From: Chiloscyllium plagiosum
Lineage: Eukaryota
Direction: 5' to 3'
DNA: 64,000 bases
Assembly (NCBI RefSeq): GCF_004010195.1
Contig: NC_057728.1
Location: forward strand, 51,461,400 to 51,525,399
The notes under the pieces were generated by a model. The model saw nothing but the letters and a program-made list of their open reading frames with translations. It had not been told where the DNA came from and searched no databases. Position numbers and translations under genes: made by a program. Below are positions 27,056 to 39,779 of this stretch, one piece after another (positions within the stretch are counted from its first letter, which is position 1; each line of letters begins with the position of its first letter).

Positions 27056-28192
27056 TGAATTGAGGCTTTTGACAGAGAATTGGATCATTATCTCAAAATA
27101 ATGCATTTGCAGGGGAGTGGAACTGCCATGCTACTCTTACTGAGGGCTAGCACAGATACTGTAGGCTGAAAGGCCTCCTTTAGTGCTGTAACCATTTGAT
27201 GATTATATGCTCCTGTAACAATAGCTTACTTATTTCTATTTTACCACCCTTGCCCTCTCTCCTTTGAACTCACTTTGATTCTCTCACCTCCACTGAGACA
27301 CTTAACATCTATCACTCTGACTGAGCTGTTAGTCTCCCTTTGAACACTTCTTGTCTAATCACATCTTTGAGAAATGCTTTGGGTGTTTAATGGTGCCATA
27401 TTAGTACAAGCAGTTCTTGTTCTGTCTGGTTAGATGGAGTAGCATGTTCCTGATAAAATAACTGAACATCTTGGAACGGAGCACCAACGATGGCATTCAC
27501 CTTAGGTATTATAGGATGTCATAAATAAAGAGAAAGATTTATAAAGCTGTAATATCCTCCACATCTCATATGTTTCAAGTGAAATTCAGCAAATGCTGTG
27601 CAAGGTTCTCAGCAGTCATTACTTAACTTTCTCCTTGCATAGACAGTTGAATCTATCAGCCATGGGTATATCCTTCACCCAACTTGAAATGAAGATCCTC
27701 TCAATGATAAAAATACAACACTGTGGATGGTGGAAATCTGAAATAAAACGCAAGGTCAAACTCTCCAGGAGAGAGGAACAGAGTTAATGTTTTGAGTTCA
27801 ATGAATCTTCTTTAGTTTCTCGACGCGTTTTCTCTGTCCACAGTTGCTGCCAGACCTGCCTCAATGATGTGTATACTCTGGTTCAGCTACACCTGAAACT
27901 TCAGATCTCCAAAATTGCGATTTCAGGGCACTAAACGATGCCACCTGCTGGAGCTCATTAACTTATCCTCCCTCCCTTCTCCTGGCATCTCTCAATCTTC
28001 TTTTCAAGCAACACTATAGTCAACATCAGGTCCAAACACTGTCAGCAGAGATGACTGAGTAAAGATGATTGATTTATGAACTGGTTGCACCAAATACTTA
28101 ACACACGTATAATTTGACAGTTCCTTTTGTTTGTTATTCTTCTTTCATGGACTGTGAAGTGAATGTTTCATTAGGCCAGTCAGACTCAAATA

Positions 28193-28320
28193 CAGAGAGG
28201 ATTGCAGATGCTGGAGAGTCAGAGTTAAAACATGTGTTGCTGGAAAAGCACAGCAGGTCAGGCAGCATCCGAGGAGCAGGGCAGTCAACGTTTTGGGCAT
28301 AAGCCCCTCATTAGGAATGT
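28193..28320 (-). mobile_element. Single-arm short retroelement, degenerate hammerhead motif
   Basis: Same arm sequence as the 8955 element; direct repeat gactcaaata at 28183-28192 and 28321-28330. Confidence 0.75.
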
Positions 28321-28597
28321 GACTCAAATATCAGCCAGAATAGCAGAGTTTTCTTCCCTAAGGGACATTACTGATGGGGTTGTTACAATTGCAATGGTAT
28401 CATGGTGACCATTGTTTTGTATTCCACATTTATTAATTACATTTAAATTCCATCACCTGCCATGCTGGAATTCCAACCAGTGATCCCAGAACATTACACT
28501 GGATCTCTGAATTGGTGCCAGTGCATTACCATGACACCACTGTCATCCATGCCATTTTGTACTTGATGTACGGGCATCAGATTGAATGTAACCATGT

Positions 28598-29285
28598 ATA
28601 GTCATAGAGTTGTACAGCATGCCCAACTCATCCTTGCCAACCAGGTATCCTTAACTAATCTGGTCCCATGTGCCAGCATTTGGCTCATATCCCTCCAAAC
28701 CCTTCCTATTCGTGTACCCATCCAAATGCCTTTTAAATGTTGTAATTGGAGCAGCCTCCACCACATCCTCTGGCAGCTCATTCCATACACGTACCACCCT
28801 CTGTGTGAAAAGTTGACCCTTAGGTACCTTTTAAATCTTGCCCTTTTCACCTTAAACCTGTGTCCTCTAGCTTTGAATTCCCCTATCCTGGGAAAACGAC
28901 TTTGTCTATTTACCCTATCCAGGCCCCTCATGATTTTATAAACCTCTATAAGGTCACCTCTCAGCCTCTGATGCTACAGGGAAAACAGTCCCAGCTTATT
29001 CAACCTCTCCCTATAGTTCAAACCCTCCAACCCTGGCATTATCCTTGTAGATCTTTTCTGAATCCTTTCAGGTTTCTATAGCAGGGAGACCAGAATTGAA
29101 CACAGTATTCCAAAAGTGGCCTAACCAATGTCCTGTAGAGCCGCAACATGACCTCCCAACTCTTATATCAGTACACTGCTTAATAAAGGCAAGTATACCA
29201 AACACCTTCTTCACTGTCCTGTCAACCTGCAACTCCACTTTCAAGGAATTATGAAACTGCACTCCAAGGTCTCTGTTCAACAACA
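28598..29285 (-). mobile_element. CR1 LINE 3' fragment
   Basis: MRGLDRVNRQSRFPRIGEFKARGHRFKV in a minus-strand ORF. Confidence 0.85.
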
Positions 29286-30684
29286 ACTGACAGAATTGAT
29301 CACACCAAACTGGTATCTGAGGGAAGCAGATATGTTGTTCCTTCTCCAAATGAGAAGATGTGACCTGTACCTCATCAATACCATATGTTTTGAATGCATG
29401 TTGACAGTTCTCTTGCTGAAGACCCTCCCTAGAGATCAGATTTTGCCGCTTAAGTACGGCCACAGCCCACTCTATCCTGTGGTTCACTCCCACTGCCGGG
29501 CTCAATGACCTTCCCAGACGAGTGACAGATCATTATTCTACCAGTGCTGTCAGCTCACCTTCAGAGAGATTCTTTTTATGTTATAAAGAACTGTGCAAAT
29601 AAGATCTGACTTATTACAAGACAGGGTGAAGGCACTGTTACCAATATCATATTTGCAAAGTCAATAGATGGCATCTGAACCAGATCATGCACAATAAAAC
29701 TGAGCAAACTATTGATTTATTTTCACTCATATGGAGTCAAACAAAAGGCTCGAGTCTTTGGCAGGTAGGATCCTGATCAGGGTCAGTGGGTGGCAGTGGA
29801 GAGATTATTATTCATTTCGGCAATACATACCTGGGGAGGTTCCTGAAGTCTAGTTTGGATGGTAACTGTCTGATTGACAGGAAGAGCTGTATTTTCAGGC
29901 TCAAGTGATCAGGCATTTTGTGTTTGAGAGGGAGACAGCCAATGGTTGGGGTTTGTAATGCCTAATAAGGCTGTGCAACAGAGTTATTTTCAAGTGTATT
30001 AAAGAGCAGGCTGGATCTTGCTAGGTTTGCACAGTTTATTGCGACTGAAGGAGCAGCTGCAGGTAGGACGCTTTCAATTTCTTTTCACCTGACTCTTTCT
30101 GAACATTACCCCACAGTTTCTCATTATAATTTACAGACAGTGTTCACTTCACTATATGAAGCCGTATGCATTTAGAAGAGAAAGACTGAAGCAGGTTGAG
30201 GACAGAGAGAATTAGTCCCTATTCATTTATATAGTGTGGAGTCCCGCATCGCTGCTGGAGGGAACAAATCCCATTTGAGATGTGAGCTACCAATATAGGC
30301 GCTTTGGACAGATCATGTAGCTACAGCTAACATCCCAGAGTTTGAATCCCCATTGATGGGGAAATTGAATTCAATTGAATCTAATCAATTCAGAAATCCT
30401 GGAATCTGCTGGATTTCCTGTTAGAAGCCCAACTAAACTAGATACGGCCCTCAGGGGTAAGTGAACAGGTTCAGTAGTTCAGAGAATGATTCCAGGGATG
30501 AGAAATTCTAGTCATGAGGACTGACCTGGAGATGATGGGACTGTTGTATTTCCTCTGGGGAAAGCTGAGGGAGTGGTTCAAAATCACGAGGGGCCTGGAC
30601 ATAGTGGATAGGGAGAAACTGCTCCCAACTGATGAAAAGATTGAGAACAAAATGGAGCAAGTTTAAAATAATTGACAAAAGGAA

Positions 30685-31190
30685 TGAAAAGTAGACAGGC
30701 AGGAGGCTGGAAGAACACAGCAAGTCAGCAGCATCAGGAGGGAAAGGAACACAGCAAGGCAGGCAGCATCAGGAGGCTGGGGGAACACAGCAAGGCAGGC
30801 AGCATCAGGAGGCTGGAAAAACACAGCAAGCCAGGCAGCATCAGGAGGCTGGGGGACACAGCAAGGCAGACAGCATCAGGAGGCTGGGGGATCATAGCAA
30901 GGCAGACAGCATCAGGAGGCTGGGGGACACAGCAAGGCAGACAGCATCAGGAGGCTGGGGGGAGGCTGGGGGACACAGCAAGGCAGACAGCATCAGGAGG
31001 CTGGGGGACACAGCAAGCCAATGTTTCGGGTGTGTCACCCCTCTTCGTTATAGCCGACACATTGACTTCTCCACCTCCTGATGCTGCCTGACTTGCTGTG
31101 TTCCTTTCCCTCCTGATGCTGCCTGACTTGCTGTGTTCTTCCAGCCTCCTGCCTGTCTACTTTCGATTCCAGTATCTGCAGGATTTTTTT
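30685..31190. repeat. Palindromic short element with one arm expanded into about 31-bp tandem repeats
   Basis: acacagcaaggcag(g/a)cagcatcaggaggctgggg repeated about 9 times at 30715-31018, then inverted arm tcctgatgctgcctgacttgctgtgttc (x2) and ttccagcctcctgcctgtctactttc. Confidence 0.8.
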
Positions 31191-31699
31191 TTGTGAAACG
31201 AAATGGCGACCTGCAACAATTTAAAATAAAATGTTTTCCTGAGGGAGAGGTTAGGGGTTGTCCGAGGGTCCTGTGGAGGCAGGTTCAATCGACACTGTCA
31301 GAAGGGAATTGGATTGTTCTCGGGATGAAAAAGGAAGCGTGTGTAGGATTACAGCACCGAGTGAGTTACTGGCAGCAGGTTAAGGGGTAAGACTTGGCAC
31401 AGGGAGGATGGACCGAACGTTCTCCTTGAGCGCTGTAACCATTCCAAGAACTGGCGCACAGCAGGATCCCAGAGGCTTTGATGACATGCAAGGTGTGCTG
31501 GCTGGGACAAATACCGGGCCAGGACGTCAGGAAGCCAGATCTGTTCGGGACAGATAACCTTCGCCCAACACTCATGCGGCTGTGGGATCTTTCCGTGCCT
31601 TGCAGAGTGTACGTTCAGAGCCAGGGCTTGCAAAAGTTACCGTTAGCCTGCCTGTGCACAGCAATGTGTTAAAACTGCAGAGAGCGGTGAATGAGACTC

Positions 31700-31999
31700 C
31701 AGTGACTGCCTGATAACAGCGAGTGTGCACTGGGGAAGGAGGCAGGGAGAGAGAGAGAGAGAGGGAGGGAGGGATAGCTGGAGAAGTGAATCCTCAAATC
31801 CTGTCCAGCCCCAGCTCAGGGCTGCAGGGGATGCTACCAGACAGGGAGCCTCTTGCAACCCAACAATATAGAGGAATATAGCTGCAGGAAGCCTCTTATA
31901 TCCCAACAATATAGAGGAATATAGCCCAGACTGAGCAATGGATCCTTTGGAAGGAGTCTGAGGCTGATCCTGCTGGAGTGTGTTCATCCAGAGAGAGAG
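31700..31999 (+). other. Putative 5'UTR exon of the CHST1-like gene
   Basis: Strong donor GAG|GTGAGT at 32000-32005 beside a CpG-rich patch (about 32150-32410), upstream of the acceptor at 36658-36659. The start is unknown. Confidence 0.4.
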
Positions 32000-32409
32000 G
32001 TGAGTGTTTGGGAAGGGGAGGGTGTCTTGAAGTTCTTAAAGTATTTGGTCCTGCGCACACTTCCAAAAAAAAACTCCGAGGATTTTTCAGTCATTCCTCG
32101 CTCTTTTCAGTTATTCCTTTTTCAGAGGCTCTGGCAGCATAAACCAGCCCCCGGGGAATTTGTTTCCTGTTGGTAAATGAGCGGGGAGAGTGAAGCAGTT
32201 CCCGCAGCCCGGGATTTGAACCCTCATCTCCATCGCCCAGCCGCTCCCCTCTGCTCACAGAGACAGGAACCGGTCTTCAGCGCCCCCGACCGGTCGGCCC
32301 TTCCCCATCTCCCGGCCACAGGGTCCGGCACTGACTGACACCGGAGCGGGGAAGGCTGGTGGGCAGAGATATTCTCAGAGAGTGGGCACATGTATTGGGC
32401 AGTGTCCCG

Positions 32410-34565
32410 GTCTCCAGGCTGTCAGTGTGCATATACACAAACCCTGCGCTGTGAGAATGTGTAGACACAGTCTCCAGGCTGTCAGTGTGCATATACACAA
32501 ACCCTGCGCTGTCAGAATGTGTATACACAGTCTCCAGGGTGTCCGTGTGCATATGCACAAACCGCGGGCTGTCAGAATGTGTATACACAGTCTCCATGCT
32601 GTCAGTGTGCATATACACAAACCCCGGGCTGTCAGAACGTGTATGCACAGTCTCCAGGCTGTCAGTGCGGATATACACAAACCCTGCGCTGTCAGAATGT
32701 GTATACACAGTCTCCAGGGTGTCCGTGTGCATATACACAAACCCCGGGCTGTCAGAATGTGTATACACAGTCTCCAGGCTGTCAGTGCACATATACACAA
32801 ACCCGGCGCTGTCAGAATGTGTATACACAGTCTCCATGCTATAAGTGTGCGCATACACAAACCCTGGGCTGTCAGAATGTGTATACACAGTCTCCATGCT
32901 GTCAGTGTGCGCATACACAAACCCTGCGCTGTCAGAATGTGTATACACAGTCTCCAGGCTGTCAGTGTGCATATACACAAATCCTGCGCTGTCAGCATGT
33001 GTATACACAGTCTCCATGCTGTCAGTGTGCACATACACAGGCCCTGCGCTGTCAGAATGTGTATACACAGTCTCCATGCTGTCAGTGTGCATATACACAA
33101 ACCCTGCGCTGTCAGAATGTGTATATACAGTCTCCATGCTGTCAGTGTGCACATACACAAACCCTGCACTGTCAGAATGTGTATACAAGTCTCCATGCTG
33201 TCAGTGTGCACCTACACAAACCCTGCGCTGTCAGAATGTGTATACACAGTGTCCATGCTGTCAGTGTGCACATACACAAACCCTGCGCTGTCAGAATGTG
33301 TATACACAGTCTCCATGCTGTCAGTGTGCATATACACAAACCCTGCGCTGTCAGAATGTGTATACACAGTGTCCATGCTGTCAGTGTGCACATACACAAA
33401 CCCTGCGCTGTCAGAATGTGTATACACAGTCTCCATGCTGTCAGTGTGCATATACACAAACCCTGCGCTGTCAGAATGTGTATACACAGTCTCCATGCTG
33501 TCAGCGTGCATATACACAAACGCTGCACTGTCAGAATTTGTATACACAGTCTCCATGCTGTCAGTGTGCATATACACAAACCCCAGGCTATCAGAATGTG
33601 TATACACCGTCTCCATGCTGTCAGTGTGCATATACACAAACCCTGCGCTGTCAGAATGTGTATACACAGTCTCCATGCTGTCAGTGTGCACATACACAAA
33701 CCCTACGCTGTCAGAATGTGTATACACAGTCTCCATGCTGTCAGTGTGCACATACACAAACCCTGCGCTGTCAGAATGTGTATATACAGTCTCCATGCTA
33801 TCAGTGTGCATATACACAAACCCTGGGCTGTCAGAATGTGTATACACAGTCTCCAGGCTGTCAGTGTGCACATACACAAACCCTGCACTGTCAGAATGTG
33901 TATATACAGTCTCCATGCTGTCAGTGTGCACATACACAAACCCTGCACTGTCAGAATGTGTATACACAGTCTCCATGCTGTCAGTGTGCACATACACAAA
34001 CCCCAGGCTGTCAGAATGTGTATACACCGTCTCCATGCTGTCAGTGTGCATATACACAAACCCTGCGCTGTCAGAATGTGTATACACAGTCTCCATGCTG
34101 TCAGTGTGCACATACACAAACCCTGCGCTATCAGAATGTGTATACACAGTCTACATGCTGTCAGTGTGCATATACACAAACCCTGGGTTGTCAGAATGTG
34201 TATACACAGTCTCCAGGCTGTCAGTGTGCATATACACAAACCCTGCACTGTCAGAATGTGTATACACAGTTTCTATGCTGTCAGTGTGCACATACACAAA
34301 CTCTGCGCTGTCAGAATGTGTATACACAGTCTCCATGCTGTCAGTGTGCACATACACAAACCCTGCGCTGTCAGAATGTGTATACACAGTCTCCATGCTG
34401 TCAGTGTGCACATACACAAAACCCTGCGCTGTCAGAATGTGTATACACAGTCTCCATGCTGTCAGTGTGCACATACACAAAACCCTGCGCTGTCAGAATG
34501 TGTATACACAGTCTCCATGCTGTCAGTGTGCATATACACAAACCCCGGGCTGTCATAATGTGTAC
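32410..34565. repeat. 60-bp minisatellite (dimer of 30-bp subunits), about 36 copies
   Basis: Unit gctgtcagtgtgcatatacacaaaccctgc-gctgtcagaatgtgtatacacagtctccat, aligned with the 60-nt print lines. Confidence 0.97.
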
Positions 34566-34769
34566 AACAGATCCCCATCCAATAGTTTGTATGCACACAA
34601 TTCTTCGACTGTTAAAGTGTGTACACAGTCTCCGCGTTGCCAGTCTCCAGGCCGTTGGTCAAGAGTGTGTGTATATATACATTCACCCAGGCCCGTCAGA
34701 GTGTCTGTATATACACGTGCCCAGGTTTGTCCAAGTGTGTGTATATCCACACGCCTAGTGCTGTCTGTG

Positions 34770-35460
34770 TGTGTGTTATATACATGCACAGGGCTGTCAG
34801 AGTATATGTGTATATATAGATGCCTAGGGCCGTCAGAGTGTGTGTGTATATATAGATGCCTAGGGCCGCCAGAGTTTCTGTGTATATATAGATGCCTAGG
34901 GCTGCCAGAGTTTGTGTGTATATATAGATGCCTAGGGCTGTCAGAGTGTGTGTGTGTATATAGATGCCTAGGGCTGTCAGTGTGTGTGCGTGCGTGTATA
35001 TATACATGCCTAGGGCTGTCAGTGTGTGTGTGTGTGTATATGTATATATATATATATACATGCCTAGGGCTGTCTGTGTGTGTGCGTGCGTGTATATATA
35101 CATGCCTAGGGCTGTCAGTGTGTGTGTGTGTGTATATGTATATATATATATACATGCCTAGGGCTGTCTGTGTGTGTGTGTATGTCTAGATATACATGCC
35201 TAGGGCTGTCAGTGTGTGTGTGTGTGTATATGTATATATATATATATCTAGGGCTGACAGAGTGTGTGTGTGTGCATGTCTAGGGCTGACAGAGTGTGTG
35301 TGTGTGCATGTCTAGGGCTGACAGAGTGTGTGTGTGTGCATGTCTAGGGCTGACAGAGTGTGTGTGTGTGCATGTCTAGGGCTGACAGAGTGTGTGTGTG
35401 TGCATGTCTAGGGCTGACAGAGTGTGTGTGTGTGCATGTCTAGGGCTGTCAGAGTGCTTA
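34770..35460. repeat. Compound repeat: ctagggctg(t/a)cag anchor with (TG)n/(TA)n microsatellites
   Basis: Repeated atgcctagggctgtcag(tg)n(ta)n, then about 7 near-identical catgtctagggctgacagagtgtgtgtgtgtg units. Confidence 0.92.
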
Positions 35461-36691
35461 CAAACAGTGTCTGAGCTGTCAGAGAATGTTCAGACAAGTC
35501 TCCAGACTGTCAGTGTGCATGCACACATGTCTGGGACTGTCAGACTTTGCAGACACACAGGGACCCTGATATCCTGGTGTCTGTGTGGCTGTCAGGATGT
35601 ATAGGTAACTGGTTTGAATTGAACAGACAGGGCTGGTGTTTGTGATCAAGAACAGTTTCTGAGTTAGTTGCAGGTAGTAATAGACTTGCTTTATGTTCAG
35701 TTAATTTCAGATTCACACTGCCCTTCTCAAGGGCAGCAAAGGAGGGGCAATGAATACAGACCTTGCCAGTGATATGCACATTACCAAAAACAAATAGAAT
35801 AATAATGTGGCGATCGGGACATTTAACTGCATTGAACCTGCTATGGAAATGCAAATTGTTGTTGTAGTGCACAACTTCTCCACCGACTCCTGATTTCTCA
35901 ACCTCTCTCAGACCTTCCCTCTCATTCTGACCCTCTCCTTTCTCTGCTCCCTGCATCCTGCTCTCAGCCCCTCCGCCCTCTCTACACATCCCTTGCTGTT
36001 TGGCCTCCCCTCTATCAGCCACTTCTCTCTGCCACTCCTCCCTCCCTATGCAACCCCCTCTCGAGCTTTCTCCCTCTCTTTGCCCCTCCCTTCAGTCACT
36101 CTCCCCGCCCTTCTCCATCACTCAGCCTCTCCCTCCTCTGTTCTTGCCTCTCTCTGTTTCCCCACTCAGCCATTTCTTCTCTCTCCTTGCCTCCTTTCCA
36201 CTTTCATCTTTACCCTTACCCCTCTCTGTCTCTCCCAATCCTTCCTTTCTCAGCCCTACCCTACCTGCTCAGGCAATGTCGCTTACTGCCTGCAGATCCC
36301 ACCGCGAACCTATTTATCAATAACTATCTGTTGTGTATGTTTCTAAACTGTACTTGTTTTTCGATGTATCTGGTCTCACAATGTGCAGTAGTTACTGAGT
36401 TTGTTAACAGTACATTTAAACAACATTCAGTCAAGTTCAGCTATGAAGTTTGTGCTAAGATTTTCCCTGCTATATCTCATTAATTTGAAATTAAAATAAT
36501 AATTATCCATTCATTGTCAAAAGTTGGTATAGTTGTCCAGGGATCTATTTCACATGTGATCTATTTAATCTCTCAAGGAGTCTCTGTCTCTCTGTAAGGA
36601 AACTTAGGGTTAACCTGATCATTGATCAAGTGTCTAATTCCTCTCCTATTGTTGGACAGTGAGAAGATTGTGGCTGTGATGTAATATCGCA

Positions 36692-36839
36692 ATGATGGAG
36701 TGCTCTTGGAAAACCATCCTTCTCCTGGTCTGTGCTTCCCTAGGGATTCAGTACACAGCTATCCGATCCCTGACTGCCAGCATCAACTCCCGCTGTCCTG
36801 GCACGGAGCCTGGGAAACACTGCCACTCCCAGTGGAGAG
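36692..36839 (+). CDS. CHST1-like sulfotransferase, coding exon 1 (type II membrane anchor)
   Basis: Translates MMECSWKTILLLVCASLGIQYTAIRSLTASINSRCPGTEPGKHCHSQWR-G, closely resembling the CHST1 N-terminus as I recall it (MQCSWKAVLLLALASIAIQYTAIR). Acceptor ttgttggacag ends 36659; phase-1 donor G|GTAAT at 36840. Confidence 0.9.
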
Positions 36840-37576
36840 GTAATATGTAAGATTGGGGAACAGAACAGTGGAGAATTATGAATAAGTAAGAAGGAATGAG
36901 AAAAGGGGAATTGGGGGCAGGGAAAAGGGCATTATGAAAGGGAATTGAGAATGAGGAAGGGGGAGTAAGGATAGGGAATGGGGATGGTGAATTGAGAATG
37001 AAAAATGGGAATGAGGAATGAGGATTGGGAATGTGTATTGAGGAATGGGGTGTGGGAGTGGTGAATAAGGATTGGAAATGGGAAATTGGAATGCAGAATC
37101 AGGAGTGGAGCTATTGGAAGCCTGTGGTAATATCAATGAATGGGATTGGCACTCAGCTTTCTCTTCATGAACCAACTCAGAGCTGACCCTTTTGGATGCA
37201 GTCATGTCTGTGCTGGAATGGGTAGAGTACACTTGTCTGGCTTGTGCCAGTAACTTCTAATTGAGACTTAGTACAGGTTAGGGAGGTCACAAATCTTACC
37301 CAAATAATCAGGTTAGTCACAGATCAACGGCAACAAATATTTGCAATCTGTGAAGGCACTCATAGGGAAAATGGTCCTGGGGTTAGTTAGTCCCTCACCA
37401 AATATATGAGCAAATTAACTTGCTGACCACACTTGTTGACTTCTACTATCATGGTGGTCACTTGCTCAAAGTGCTACTTTCTAAATATACATTTTTAACA
37501 GTGAGTTGTTAAGAGTTGGAGTGACTGCCTGAAAGGGCAGTGGAAGCAGATTCAATAGTGAACCTTTAAAGGAAGG

Positions 37577-37860
37577 GTGGCTCACAGCACCAGGGACCTG
37601 GGTTCGATTTCAGCCTCCGGCGACTCTGTGTGAAGTTTGCACACTCTCCCTGTGCCTGTGTGGGTTTCCTCTGTGTGTCTGGTTTCCTCCCACAGTCCAA
37701 AGGTGCGCTAGTTAGTTGGATTGGGAATGCCAAATTATTCAGGGTATGCAGGTTAGCTGACTAGGAAACGCAGGGTTACAAGGATTGAGTGGGATGCTCA
37801 TCCGAGGGTTGGTGTGGACTCAATGGGCTGAATGGCCTGCATCCACACTATAGGTGTTCT
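37577..37860 (+). mobile_element. tRNA-derived SINE (diverged)
   Basis: ggttcgattt B-box-like motif and gtgggtttcctc domain. Confidence 0.7.
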
Positions 37861-38179
37861 GTGATCTACAGTCAGCATATTTGTACCTAGATGAATCACT
37901 GGTGGCTATCTCATCAAGGGGTTAAATGGTAAAAGGTTTCAACAGGGTTAGATGGAGAAATACTGTGCCTTATAGTGCAGGGTTAGAGGAAGATAATTCA
38001 CAGGGATGACAGGAATCATCGCACAAAAGGTTATGGAAAGTTGGGACTCAATCCATCCCTCACTTTCCACCTCCTCCTCATCCCTCCCCAAAAGCTCCTG
38101 AGGCCATGTTCAATGTTCTGTTTACAAAATGTCATTGCTCTGAATTATCTTTACAACCAGAGAAGGACTGGAGAAAATA

Positions 38180-38975
38180 TTTTTTATTTGTTCTTGGAAC
38201 ATGGGCATTGCTGGCTAGCTCAAGCATCTATTTGCCCATCCCTGGTATTCTGGAGAAGATGATGATGAGCCTCCTTTGTGAGTCACTGAGGCGCTGGGGG
38301 TGTAGGGACTCCCATTGTGGGGATAGAGAGGGAGCTCTGGGATTTTAACCCAGTGACAAGAAGAAATCATTGATATAGTTCCAGGTCAGGAGGTGAGTAG
38401 CCCAGAAGGGGACTTTAAGATGGTGGTGTTTCCATATATCTGCTGCCCTTGTCCTTCCAAATAGTCCTGGTCTTGGGTTAGGAAAGTGCTGTCGAAGGGA
38501 CCTTAGCTGCTGCAGTGTATCTTGTAGATGGTACACGTTTCAGCAACGGTGTGTCAGTGGTTGAGGGATTGAATATTGACAGTGGTAGAGTGTTTAGATC
38601 AGAGTGGTGCTGGAGAAGCACAGCAGGTCAGGCAGCATCCAAGGCGCAGGAAAATCGACATTTCGGGCAAAAGCCCTTCATCAGGAATAGAGTGTTGCTA
38701 ATCAAGTGGCTGCATTGTCCTGGATTGTGTTGAGCTTCTTGAATGTTGTTGAAGCTGCACTCATCCAGTTAATTGAAAACTAGTTAATCACATTCCTGTC
38801 TTCTGCTTTGTACATGTGGAAAGGCTTTGGGGTGTCAGGAGACGAGTTACTCAATTCAGAACTCCCAACTTCTGTTGAAACCACTGTTTTTATATGGCTG
38901 GTCCAGTTCAAAGTCTGGTCACTGGTAACACCATGACCTCAACAGTGGATTCAGGGATGACAATGCTGCTGAACA
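38180..38975 (-). mobile_element. LINE 3' fragment with a nested hammerhead-motif element (38595-38687)
   Basis: Same LINE family as 15970. The insert reads CTGATGA-A-GGGC-TTTT-GCCC-GAAAT-GTC on the minus strand and has direct repeat tagagtgtt at 38586-38594 and 38688-38696. Confidence 0.75.
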
Positions 38976-39779
38976 TCAACATCTACAGTCATGTTTTATA
39001 TCTGAGATTTCAGTAAATATCAGTTGATAAAATAATGCAGCAATTTAATTAACCCTTTTACAACTCCCACTACAACAAAACGATTAATGCTTTTTCTAGC
39101 AATCTTTGGTAATTATCTGATAATTTGGCGAGCTCCAATTATGGGTAATGCAATATCCAGTAATGAGTACATGCTTTTATAAAATGTCACACAAGCTGTG
39201 AGGCTGTATTTTTCAAACTTGAAACCCTGAAGTTAGCAAAATATAACCATCTGGAGAGGGGCTGATTGAGGATTTAAATAAGGTCTCAAACCAGTAAAGG
39301 GATTATAGGAAGTGGATGTGAAGAGTGGTGATTAGATAGAAATCCCCATTCCAAAGCACATTTGAAGATTTAAAGCTTCTTGCCGTTAATTGAAGAAATA
39401 TGTTAAATTATGAGGAGGCAATGGCGTATATGTATTAATATCATTAATGGAATTTGAATTTCAAAATGGAGGCAGGTGTGTGTTCGTTATTTCTGTAAAG
39501 GGTTTTCTTTTAACAACAAAATCAAGGTTGCAGAAGGAATAGTGATAAAATTCAGCATTTGTCAGAAAGCAAGTGACCACGGAGCCCTCAGGTCCAACTG
39601 AAAGGTGTTTATGATATAAAGAAATAAAGCGATCACCTTTTCTTTCAGTTTAAAAGAGTCTAGGATTGAGCACATTCTTCAACTGTGTTCAAAAGATACC
39701 AGAGTTAAATTCAGAAGTAAGTTCAGTTTCTCTCCTGGAAAGAGCTCAGACCAGACCAAGGAACATGTCACCTCAACAT

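Noticed and set aside
32410..34565. CRISPR-like regular array
   Set aside because: No unique spacers, no cas genes, vertebrate context; it is a head-to-tail minisatellite.
32277..35189. Long ORFs (935, 679, 637, 311, 303 aa) with Cys/His-rich repeats
   Set aside because: They are open in several frames on both strands only because the 60-bp unit lacks stop codons; single-base indels switch frames freely.
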